A stretch of DNA of 24,000 nucleotides, taken from contig CAJQQO010000316.1 in NCBI GenBank assembly GCA_905480475.1, positions 4,374-28,373 of the forward strand. Reading direction: 5' to 3'. The position numbers were made by a program, and so were the translations under genes. Positions 12,147 through 21,246 of this stretch are shown one piece after another; position 1 is the stretch's first letter; each line of letters starts with the position of its first letter. The notes below the pieces were generated by a model. It was not told the origin of the DNA and ran no database searches. It was given only the letters and a program-made list of their open reading frames with translations. This DNA is from an uncultured Pseudomonadales bacterium (lineage in GTDB: Bacteria; Pseudomonadota; Gammaproteobacteria; Pseudomonadales; UBA7434).

Positions 12147-12767
12147 TTAAGCAGAGGTGTGCATGCCACATTCGCGGCCATCCTGCACTTTGGTGGGATC
12201 AAAATAATGCCTGCAACTGATCAGCTCATTATCTTCCATATAACTTTCTAGCTGCTTATCGGACCAATAAAACAAAGGAGCAACTTTTAAAATACCGCGC
12301 GCATCCCAGCTAACAATATCCAGCGACTTACGGTGTTCGGTTTCTTCACGTCTAATACCGGTAATCCAAATCTCTGGCTGCCACTCATTAAGCGCGCGAT
12401 CAAAAGGCTCAAGCTTCACCTGACGAGTAAACTCTTTATGCATCTCCTCGTCATCCATAGTTGGAATACCCCCCATCACCGCATTGCGGCGCTCGGAAGT
12501 CATTAACGGCGAATAAACATGATAATCCAGTGGGATACTTTTAATAAGTTTGTCAGCCACAACATAGGTGTCACGAAGATTGTAACCAGTATCAACCCAA
12601 ACCGTTGGCACGGATTGATCAACCTTGCTAATAACATCCAACATCACCGCAGCGTTTTTACCGAAGCTGGTGGTAGCAATTGCTTTTTTATTTTGCGACA
12701 GCGCCCAACGTACAATCTCTGCCGCACTTTTATTGTGTAGCTGTTGGTTAATACTTTCTATATCCAC
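12147..12767 (-). CDS. Phosphoadenosine-phosphosulfate reductase family protein (short CysH type with no Fe-S cysteines)
   Basis: Collinear with E. coli CysH: TTSFG…, VDTGY, KLEP, GIRREE, KV.PL..W and the C-terminal catalytic ECGMH (ECGLH in E. coli). It has only two Cys, so the CC…CxxC cluster of APS reductases is absent. The start is GTG and the product is 206 aa. Confidence 0.8.
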   Translation of the reverse strand: MDIESINQQLHNKSAAEIVRWALSQNKKAIATTSFGKNAAVMLDVISKVDQSVPTVWVDTGYNLRDTYVVADKLIKSIPLDYHVYSPLMTSERRNAVMGGIPTMDDEEMHKEFTRQVKLEPFDRALNEWQPEIWITGIRREETEHRKSLDIVSWDARGILKVAPLFYWSDKQLESYMEDNELISCRHYFDPTKVQDGRECGMHTSA

Positions 12768-12775
12768 AATAAACC

Positions 12776-12810
12776 TATATCTACGATGCAGTCTTTATAT
12801 CTACGATGCA
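12776..12810. repeat. Tandem direct repeat, 2 x 15 nt (tatatctacgatgca) with 20-nt periodicity, just upstream of the PAPS-reductase-like gene
   Basis: Read directly: 12776-12790 and 12796-12810 are identical, separated by gtctt. The first copy starts 9 nt upstream of the GTG start (12767, minus strand). Confidence 0.8.
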
Positions 12811-13128
12811 CTAATGCCAGTCGTTTATACAATTAACGATCCCTTCTACCTTTGCTGCATCCTGCTTTTTAATCGCCTAAAAAAAATCACCCAAAAGCTT
12901 AACAATGCTTGTGAGTGATAATCCGAAGAACTAATGATATTGAATGACTAGTCCTATCAAAAAACTAGCAATATCTAGGCTGGCAATAATTCAGTTAAAA
13001 GATATCGCAAGCGGTCGCTATCAGCCAATACTTTAATGTCATAAAGTTATAACTAAAGCTCAACACGCTGATTAAAAAGTATTAGAACCGAGTAACAAAT
13101 TAAAGCTAAAGCTTTTAGCCCTGATCGA

Positions 13129-13914
13129 TTACGCCAGTCTTTTAAATTTTATGGCGTCTTCGGCCCGTTTAACACTGCTTGTGCCGAGCGCGCTTTGTAG
13201 ATGATTGCGCCAATCCTTTATAGTCAGCATCTGACGTGAAGCGACGCAAAAACTATTATCAAAATTAGGGCTACGCAATTGATAAGCAAATTCAAAACTG
13301 CCCGGTAACGACTGCTTATGACCACTCACCAGTGACTGCCCTTCAGCGCGAGAAACACAATTGGCAACTAAAATCCCTTTGGGTGCTAGTGCGCGCTTTA
13401 ACTCTTTCAACCAAGCTTGTTTATTCGATGCAAACGAGACCGCTCGCATGGGTTCGCCCTTTTGCTCATAAAACAAATCATCAATAATTAAATCAAAACC
13501 GGCTTTGTTACTTTGCTTTTTATTCGCTCGATTATCATCGGCAAGCCACTCAATCGCATCAGCATGATGCAAACTGACTTCGGGTGCTTGTTTAGCATTT
13601 AAGCCAACAAATTTTTTAGCCACGCCGATATGCACTTTATCAATATCAATACCGACAATTTTATCGGCATCAATATGTTCGCTCAGTTTTTTGATTGCAG
13701 CGCCCGCACCGACACCAAGCACTAAGACTTTTTTTATCGATTGCGGGGGGCGAAAAAACAAGGGCAACCAAAGCATATCCCAAACGCCGCCATTAAGAAG
13801 ACGAGCGCCATTGTATTGCGAATGAAAAACTTGATTGCGATAAAGACGTATAGACTGACCAGCCTTGCGAAGCTGATAATGATTACCCGCAGCAAATCGC
13901 TCCCAGACAATCAT
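13129..13914 (-). CDS. Spermidine-synthase-like class I SAM-dependent methyltransferase/aminopropyltransferase family protein
   Basis: Motif I VLVLGVGAGAAIKKL, then GIDID, HHADA and DLIIDDLF, in the order typical of spermine/spermidine-synthase-like proteins. The substrate is not inferable. Confidence 0.6.
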   Translation of the reverse strand: MIVWERFAAGNHYQLRKAGQSIRLYRNQVFHSQYNGARLLNGGVWDMLWLPLFFRPPQSIKKVLVLGVGAGAAIKKLSEHIDADKIVGIDIDKVHIGVAKKFVGLNAKQAPEVSLHHADAIEWLADDNRANKKQSNKAGFDLIIDDLFYEQKGEPMRAVSFASNKQAWLKELKRALAPKGILVANCVSRAEGQSLVSGHKQSLPGSFEFAYQLRSPNFDNSFCVASRQMLTIKDWRNHLQSALGTSSVKRAEDAIKFKRLA

Positions 13915-13957
13915 AGCTTGGCCTTGTAACGGCTAAATTTTTTGGTGTAATAGACGA

Positions 13958-14704
13958 TCACTCTAATTCAAAAGTCGCAGTCACCGAAGCCTCAACAGCG
14001 ATCGAACCTTTTGAGGTAGTCGCAGAGCTATCGGCAGCCATCTCCATTCTTGCCGCCATATATTTTGGCTGGGATGACACACCACCCTCAACCAAATGCA
14101 GCAAACCTTTTAATGTGCGACCACTCATTTTCGCTAAACGTTTGGCTTTTGTTTCCGCATCCAAATACGCGCGCTCAAGCGCTTCAACACTTAATGTTTT
14201 TTGTTTGCTAGAGGTCATTTGCACTTGCTGAAAGCGCATAATATCGAGCTCACCTAAGGACTGCATAACCCGACCATAGCTCTCGATATCAACCAGCTTT
14301 ACTGCGATATCACGGCGCACATCATGGCCAGTAATCCGCTGCTGATTTTTATAATCGATAACCGGCTGTAACGACAAGTTCATCGCTTGGATATCGCGCT
14401 CTGGAATCTCCAGACGCTTTAACACCGACATCACCTGCTTCATTTTGCTCTCAACTTCCTGATACGCTTTTGACGCCGTAGGCGCTCTAGCGTCGACACC
14501 AATAACAAAGCGAATTTCATCCGGCTCAACACTAACACTACCCTTGCCTTGCAAAACCAGCGTTTTAGGCACGGGTGGATGACTATCTGAAGCATTCACA
14601 ATTTGAGGAAACGCAGTTGAAAGCATTATCGCGGTGCTAAATAACACTGCAAAAACTGCATAAGATGGATGGCTATATTTTAGCGCGCGGAAATTTTCCG
14701 ACAT
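13958..14704 (-). CDS. SIMPL-domain (DUF541, YggE-like) periplasmic protein
   Basis: Signal or anchor segment (YAVFAVLFSTAIMLSTAF), then the pattern G.GSVSVEPD…V……A.A…………I…….L.P.…Y…..I.G…R…V.L.D, collinear with E. coli YggE. 248 aa. Confidence 0.78.
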   Translation of the reverse strand: MSENFRALKYSHPSYAVFAVLFSTAIMLSTAFPQIVNASDSHPPVPKTLVLQGKGSVSVEPDEIRFVIGVDARAPTASKAYQEVESKMKQVMSVLKRLEIPERDIQAMNLSLQPVIDYKNQQRITGHDVRRDIAVKLVDIESYGRVMQSLGELDIMRFQQVQMTSSKQKTLSVEALERAYLDAETKAKRLAKMSGRTLKGLLHLVEGGVSSQPKYMAARMEMAADSSATTSKGSIAVEASVTATFELE

Positions 14705-14793
14705 ATTTTTTTACCTTCAATTTAACGTACATTGGCTCTTATCGTTTCTTTATATGCAATTCTGTATCTGCAATTCTGCTTTTACAATCCTAC

Positions 14794-14824
14794 AGCTAGT
14801 AGCGCAACCCCTGCGCTACTAGCT
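14794..14824. terminator. Strong 13-bp perfect hairpin downstream of the protease gene, with no U-tract
   Basis: agctagtagcgca (14794-14806), loop acccc, tgcgctactagct (14812-14824). It lies 54 nt beyond the protease stop. Neither flank is T-rich, so a terminator function is uncertain. Confidence 0.4.
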
Positions 14825-14877
14825 ACGTGCAATTATCTAAACACCACTGCCTAAGTACAACTGTCCAAGTATCAGGA

Positions 14878-16251
14878 TTATCTAAGCACAACATACAAAG
14901 CTGTATTACCACGAATAATTCGTAACAGCATTTTATTACCGTTGCTTTGCTCAGCCACTTTCGCCAGTTGCTCAAGATTAGCTATGATAACGCGATTAAC
15001 CGAAACAATACGATCGCCCACACGTAGACCTGATCCAGCTGCTGGTGAGCCACGAGTAATACTCTTCACCCGAACGCCATCTTCGTCCTGCATATCTTCT
15101 ATCTCAGCACCTTTAAGCGCAGGATGAATTTCACCCGCACCGCTATATAAGTTGATTTTTTCACCAACGCGCACTTTAAACTTACGCTTCTTACCGTCAC
15201 GCAGCAATTCTACTTTTAAGGAATCACCAATTTGTTTGGCACCTACTGCATTTCTTAACTGCGCAGCCGTATCAACGGCTTTGCCATTGACTGAAACAAC
15301 AATATCCCCAGCCTCCAAACCGGCTTTTTCAGCGGCTGATTGATCTTGTACCTGCGTAATCAAAACGCCCTTTTGCTGAGCATCCAGATCAAAGGCCTCG
15401 GCTAACTCAGCGGTCATATCTTGAATCACCACACCGAGCTGCCCTCGTCGTACCTCACCATGCTCAAGAATTTGCTCGGAACTATTGCGCGCCATATTAA
15501 CGGGTATCGCTAAACCAATACCGACATTGCCACCGGTCGGCGCAATAATTGCTGTATTGATACCGACCAACTCGCCACGTAAATTCACCAGTGCACCGCC
15601 AGAGTTACCGGGATTAATCGACGCATCGGTTTGAATAAAGTTTTCATAACCTTCAATACCTAAACCCGTCCGTCCTAGAGCGCTAACCACACCGGTCGTA
15701 ACCGTATTTTCCAAACCAAAGGGATTACCAATTGCGATAACAAAATCGCCTTGCTGCAATTTATCCGAATCCGCCATTGCCAATTCATTTAAATCATCGG
15801 CATCGATTTTTAGAATCGCGATATCCACTTCAGGATCAGACCCAATTAACGTGGCTTCAAAGCTGCGATTATCTGCCAAGCCAACATGAATCTCGTCAGC
15901 GCCATCAATCACGTGGAAGTTGGTAATTACCGTGCCGTTTTTAGCATCGATAATAACGCCCGAACCGGCGCTTTGCGTGCGACGCTGTTGCGGTTGATAC
16001 TGTTGATTGCCCGGCGCACCAAAAAACTGGCGAAAGAATGGATCGTTTAATAGTGGATTGGCGACTTGCTTAGTGGTAAAGGTCGATATATTAACCACTG
16101 CAGGGTTTACGTTTTTAAGCAGTGGAGCCAAGCTCGGCAAGACCTGCCCTTCGGGATCAAATACGGGTAATACCGCCGATGCTTGTGAAACAAAACCAGT
16201 ATTCAAAATAACAACGGTTAAACAAGACCGCCATATAGCGCGAAAGCTCAT
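14878..16251 (-). CDS. Periplasmic serine endoprotease, DegP/DegQ/MucD (Do/HtrA) family, with two PDZ domains
   Basis: Signal peptide. Catalytic triad contexts TNFHVIDGAD, DIAILKI and GNSGGALVN. Two PDZ-like segments (GVLITQV…AEKAGLEAGDIVVSVNG and SPAAGSGLRVGDRIVSVN). GAGGAG lies upstream of the ATG. Confidence 0.92.
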   Translation of the reverse strand: MSFRAIWRSCLTVVILNTGFVSQASAVLPVFDPEGQVLPSLAPLLKNVNPAVVNISTFTTKQVANPLLNDPFFRQFFGAPGNQQYQPQQRRTQSAGSGVIIDAKNGTVITNFHVIDGADEIHVGLADNRSFEATLIGSDPEVDIAILKIDADDLNELAMADSDKLQQGDFVIAIGNPFGLENTVTTGVVSALGRTGLGIEGYENFIQTDASINPGNSGGALVNLRGELVGINTAIIAPTGGNVGIGLAIPVNMARNSSEQILEHGEVRRGQLGVVIQDMTAELAEAFDLDAQQKGVLITQVQDQSAAEKAGLEAGDIVVSVNGKAVDTAAQLRNAVGAKQIGDSLKVELLRDGKKRKFKVRVGEKINLYSGAGEIHPALKGAEIEDMQDEDGVRVKSITRGSPAAGSGLRVGDRIVSVNRVIIANLEQLAKVAEQSNGNKMLLRIIRGNTALYVVLR

Positions 16252-16871
16252 TCAATATACTCCTCAACAAGATTTGTAATTAGTGGTTAACACACATCGT
16301 GTAACGTTTTTAAAATAGTATAAATTCAGTTGCAAATGCGCAACACAGTAATCGAATTGTTAGGCGATATCTGCCCTGCCATTTACCTCACAGCTATTTG
16401 TTTCGCAATCAGCTATTCCATAGACATCCGGAACCGTTAATAGTGACAACAAGCCGGTTTCATTTGTTCCATTGCCAATTGTTCAAAAATAAGCCGCTTA
16501 ATGCTATGGTCTAGTGCAATGCAGCGCTTTACCATGTCATAAGCTCGATTAGGTGCAGGATCGCTTTTATCTGTCGGAATTTATATGGGGTCAATCGGTC
16601 CGAGTACAAGCTAGTACAATAGTAAAAAGTCGGTAAAATGGCCGATTGTCAGTCAGCAGAGGCTCGCTATAACAGCGTTAAGGGCGAATGCAGGCTAAAC
16701 TGTAACGAATAGTTTTCAATAGCCCTACAAGCGGCAACAGCGCCTCTTTAAACGGCTAGACAGCTAAACCCAGCACTTAGTCAGGTATTTAAAATCGCGC
16801 CATTAAGAAGGGTTATAAATTGATAAGCCTAAGAGACCCCTCGATCCAGATCCCGGCTCTAGAGTAAAAAT

Positions 16872-17900
<1,029 letters not shown>

Positions 17901-17939
17901 ACAGTACAACACTAAAATAACAATATAAGGATCTAAACA

Positions 17940-18653
17940 ATGTCTAGCGTTTTTTCTGACTACCGTGGCGGTAAATTCAAAAAGCTATCAGCGCCAGCAA
18001 TGCTGTTTTTTTTATTATCGCTTTCTATATTTAGTGTTAATCAAGCCATTGCCGAACAAACCGAATGGAAAAGCTCAAAAGAAAAAGACGGTATTAAAAC
18101 ATTCTCGAGAAAAATAGCCGGCTCAAAATACAAAGCCATTAGAGGCGAAACCACCTTAGCAATACCAGTAGCAAAACTGGTTGCAGTGATTAACGATGCA
18201 AAAGCCTGCGTGGAATGGGCGGATTTATGCAAAAAATCCGTAGTGAAAAAACAGGTATCCAATACAGAAGCCTATGTTTACACGCTTAACGATATGCCTT
18301 GGCCAGTTAAAGACCGTGAAGTGACAGCGCATTTAAATTGGAGCAAGAATGAACAAGGTAGTGTGACGATGATTAGTCAGGCTGTTATCGAAATACCCAG
18401 CGAAGACTCGAATAAGAATGTAGAAAAAACCAAAGGGGTTGTCAGAATAGAAACAGCTAATGCGCGCTGGGACTTTACGCCGCTTGGCGACAATAAAACA
18501 TTAACCCAATTTGAAATCCATATGGATCCCAATGGAAAAATACCGGGCTGGTTATTAAATCGCTTGGTATTGGATTCACCCTTTACAACCTTTAAGAGCT
18601 TAGCCACACAAGCGTCAAAAGAAAAATATAATAACGCGACGCTTCCGTTTTAA
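17940..18653 (+). CDS. Secreted START/SRPBCC-superfamily lipid-binding domain protein
   Basis: Signal peptide (…LLSLSIFSVNQAIA/EQ), then a START-like pattern (W…..KDGIK.F.RK..GS.YKA.RGE…………………W……………Y…..MPWPV.DRE………….). AAGGA lies 8 nt upstream of the ATG, and the gene starts 39 nt after hemB. Confidence 0.68.
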   Translation: MSSVFSDYRGGKFKKLSAPAMLFFLLSLSIFSVNQAIAEQTEWKSSKEKDGIKTFSRKIAGSKYKAIRGETTLAIPVAKLVAVINDAKACVEWADLCKKSVVKKQVSNTEAYVYTLNDMPWPVKDREVTAHLNWSKNEQGSVTMISQAVIEIPSEDSNKNVEKTKGVVRIETANARWDFTPLGDNKTLTQFEIHMDPNGKIPGWLLNRLVLDSPFTTFKSLATQASKEKYNNATLPF

Positions 18654-18663
18654 TAGCTAATCG

Positions 18664-20430
18664 TCAAGACTGCCATTTTTGTTTAAAAACCTCAGCGCCC
18701 TCTTTGCCTAGATAACGCTTAAGGTATTTATCAGGTGTTTGCCTGAGATCAACCAGAATCAATCCATCTAGCGAATCGTTAAATACTTTGTTAATTGAAA
18801 AGCAGACAAATTTGCCATTTAACGATAGGTAATGCCGCAACAATGTTGGTAAAGCTTTACCCGGATCGCAGCGCCCAACTAGCTTATTCACGACCGAAAC
18901 ATGATTCAGTGACGCCAGCATTTCATTGGTCCAGATTTTACCCGAGACCTTTAATGGCTCAACGGGTGTAACATCATCAAGAAAACGCTGCTCAGCGCAA
19001 AATGATTCAAGCATACATTCTGAAATTAAGGCGCGCGCCAAATCGGAATGCTCATTAGAAATACTGACCGCACCAAATAGCGTATTGTATTCGGGATTAC
19101 GGGCAATATAACTGCCTATACCACGCCATAATAAATCCAAAGTCTGTGGTAAACGCTGATAATCGGGATGAATAAACGAACGCCCCATTTCCAAAGCTTT
19201 ACCGACTTTTTGCAAGTAATCCTTATCAAAATCAAATAAGGTTTTAGAATACAAAGCGTCTAGACCATGATGCTCAACAATCTCGTCAACCCGGCCAATT
19301 CGATAGCCGCCCACCACTCGAGAAGCGCTTTTATCCCAAATAAATAAATGCAGATAATGTGGATCGAACCGATCTGAATCAACACTATTACCCGTGCCCT
19401 CGCCTGCAGCGCGAAAAGTTATTTCACGGGCGACGCCGATTGCCGCCATCAAACAACCTAGACGCTCAAACGGCGCACAATAAACATCGTATTGTTCAGA
19501 TTCGATATAACGGCAATCGACGATCTCATTTAATGCCAACTGAACATTATCGTTAGATATTTTATCCTCGACACTAATCGGCTCAAATACCAATGATGTT
19601 TGTGCTTTGGCTGGCTGTTGATGATTTTTTAAAAAATCGGTACTCATACGTAGATAATCAGTCACTGCACGATCATCTGACAATTTTAACACTTCACGCG
19701 GGCTAATCGTTTCACCAATAATCAGCTTTAACTCACGGCCCTTTTTATTCGCTAACTCGCGAGGTAATAACAAGGTACGCAATAGCGGATGAATCATTGC
19801 CATTAGGTAAAAAAAGCGACTGTTATAACCATCAACATGAATAGGCAAACAACTGGCATTAGAGCGCTTTAGCAAATTGCCAGCAAGCCGATTCCATGGG
19901 TGATCTTCTACCGACCGCGACTGCATATTGACTGAGGCTACTTTTCCGGCTGGAAATAACAGTAGCGCACCACCACCTTTTAGATGCTGAGAAGCTTCAC
20001 GTATGCCTTTTAAATTTTCACGCGCGGCATTTTTTGACAACACATCAACGCCGATAAAAGTCGATTGCAATTCAGGTATACGTCTGAGTAAATTATTGGT
20101 CAGCACTTTGATATCGGGCCGCAACTCCAATAACAGCTTGGTAATAGCCACACCTTCGAGACCACCCAGTGGATGATTAGCAACAATCAGTAAGGGGCCT
20201 TCTTTAGGCACATTCTCCAAGGCATTAAAACGATCAACGGGTTTAAGCTTCACTTCCAGATGATCTAACACCCCTAAAAGAAAGTCTTCGGTGCTACCAT
20301 TTTTAGGCGCGGACTCGTAACAACGCGATAAAGCGTTCAGCCCTAACACACGCTCGACCAAGCGCGCTAACCAACGTTGGCGTATAGGAAGCTGGAAAGG
20401 TTTTGCTAATTGGGAAACTGAAGCATCCAC
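18664..20430 (-). CDS. Bifunctional acyltransferase, OlsF-like: N-terminal lysophospholipid-acyltransferase (PlsC/LPLAT) domain plus C-terminal OlsB-type GNAT N-acyltransferase domain
   Basis: N-terminal half: IVANHPLGGLEG (H-box variant) and LLLFPAGKV (FP[AE]G motif). C-terminal half: REITFRAAGEGTGNSVDSDRFDPHYLHLFIWDK…VVGGYRIG, the D.D.FD..HL…GtYR pattern of the ornithine-lipid/hemolysin-like GNAT family. The 588-aa length and domain order match OlsF as described for Serratia and Vibrio. The start is GTG with AGGA upstream. Confidence 0.72.
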   Translation of the reverse strand: MDASVSQLAKPFQLPIRQRWLARLVERVLGLNALSRCYESAPKNGSTEDFLLGVLDHLEVKLKPVDRFNALENVPKEGPLLIVANHPLGGLEGVAITKLLLELRPDIKVLTNNLLRRIPELQSTFIGVDVLSKNAARENLKGIREASQHLKGGGALLLFPAGKVASVNMQSRSVEDHPWNRLAGNLLKRSNASCLPIHVDGYNSRFFYLMAMIHPLLRTLLLPRELANKKGRELKLIIGETISPREVLKLSDDRAVTDYLRMSTDFLKNHQQPAKAQTSLVFEPISVEDKISNDNVQLALNEIVDCRYIESEQYDVYCAPFERLGCLMAAIGVAREITFRAAGEGTGNSVDSDRFDPHYLHLFIWDKSASRVVGGYRIGRVDEIVEHHGLDALYSKTLFDFDKDYLQKVGKALEMGRSFIHPDYQRLPQTLDLLWRGIGSYIARNPEYNTLFGAVSISNEHSDLARALISECMLESFCAEQRFLDDVTPVEPLKVSGKIWTNEMLASLNHVSVVNKLVGRCDPGKALPTLLRHYLSLNGKFVCFSINKVFNDSLDGLILVDLRQTPDKYLKRYLGKEGAEVFKQKWQS

Positions 20431-20502
20431 TATGCAATTTCCTGATAAGCGTTGTAGAAAAACATTAATTAACTATCCAAAGTCTAAGAGTTAAACGCAA
20501 TA

Positions 20503-21246
20503 CTAAGCGGCAGCGCGGCGTTGTAACACCTGCAAAGGTCCAGCAACGGTTTCACATGGCGCGCCATCACTATAGGCAATCGATACCTGATCGAGGCTGA
20601 CCTGCACTAAACACTGACTCACCGTTTTGGCATATTCGCGATGCATACATACCGAATCGGCGTATTCTGGCTTACCATTCATCGGCGATAAATCATCATT
20701 AATATGACAGCTATGAAATTGCTGTAAAACATTAATATCGTCTTTATTTTCCAGCGATTCAAAATAATCTCTACGCGTATGGCATACCGACTCGGAATGG
20801 TACGACGAAGATGTGACTGGAATCTCTGGTATTAATCGGCTTAACACTTCGCTATCCCAGCTTAACTGAATAGCAATATGCTGAATAATCACAACATCAA
20901 AGCCGCGGTAATTAGATAAATCCATTGACGTTAATATCTGCTCAGCGGCAGCCGTGGTTTCACAGCCTGCTAAAGCCCTAACAATTTCGCCACGACTTTT
21001 TAAATTATCGGTCTTAGGCTCTTTGGCGACATAATTATTTAGCAAGCAAATAGTTAAGCCAAATTGATTGACCGCAAGCCATGTTCCGCCAGCATCGGTA
21101 TCGGTTGGCGCCAAATAATTAACACCACAATCCGTTTGCATCGGCTGCGGAGGCAAAGCGCGTTTGCGAGTTTTTAATTCATCGCGATTAAAAAATAAAG
21201 AATAACCTTCAGTCTCGGCATTAAATAACCAGGTTAAGGTGCACAT
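20503..21246 (-). CDS. NRDE / TANGO2-family protein (DUF833)
   Basis: It starts MCTLTW… with Cys directly after Met and carries the eponymous NRDE motif (FFNRDELKTRK) at residues 20-23. A strong SD (GGGAGG at 21254-21259) lies 7 nt upstream of the ATG, inside the preceding gene. Confidence 0.8.
   Translation of the reverse strand: MCTLTWLFNAETEGYSLFFNRDELKTRKRALPPQPMQTDCGVNYLAPTDTDAGGTWLAVNQFGLTICLLNNYVAKEPKTDNLKSRGEIVRALAGCETTAAAEQILTSMDLSNYRGFDVVIIQHIAIQLSWDSEVLSRLIPEIPVTSSSYHSESVCHTRRDYFESLENKDDINVLQQFHSCHINDDLSPMNGKPEYADSVCMHREYAKTVSQCLVQVSLDQVSIAYSDGAPCETVAGPLQVLQRRAAA

Noticed and set aside
12147-12767. PAPS-reductase-domain protein as part of a DNA-phosphorothioation or phage-defence system (DndC/SspD-like)
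   Set aside because: The sequence is collinear with assimilatory CysH, including the ECG[LM]H tail. It lacks the larger DndC/SspD architecture. No dnd/ssp partners, nucleases or ATPases are nearby.
12625-12918. 97-aa plus-strand ORF spanning the CysH-like gene start and the AT-rich spacer
   Set aside because: It overlaps a supported gene on the opposite strand. Its hydrophobic, low-complexity translation is typical of AT-rich non-coding DNA, and it has no SD.
13105-13119. Small hairpin gctaaa-gct-tttagc just downstream of the methyltransferase-like gene, as a possible terminator
   Set aside because: The stem is only 6 bp and AT-rich with a 3-nt loop, and the following tract on the minus strand is only moderately T-rich. 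That is too weak to call.
16437-16535. 32-aa minus-strand mini-ORF (MVKRCIALDHSIKRLIFEQLAMEQMKPACCHY) in the 620-nt spacer
   Set aside because: It has no SD upstream and no family I can recognise. An ORF of this length is expected by chance in 620 nt. It is kept only as a note under the spacer finding.
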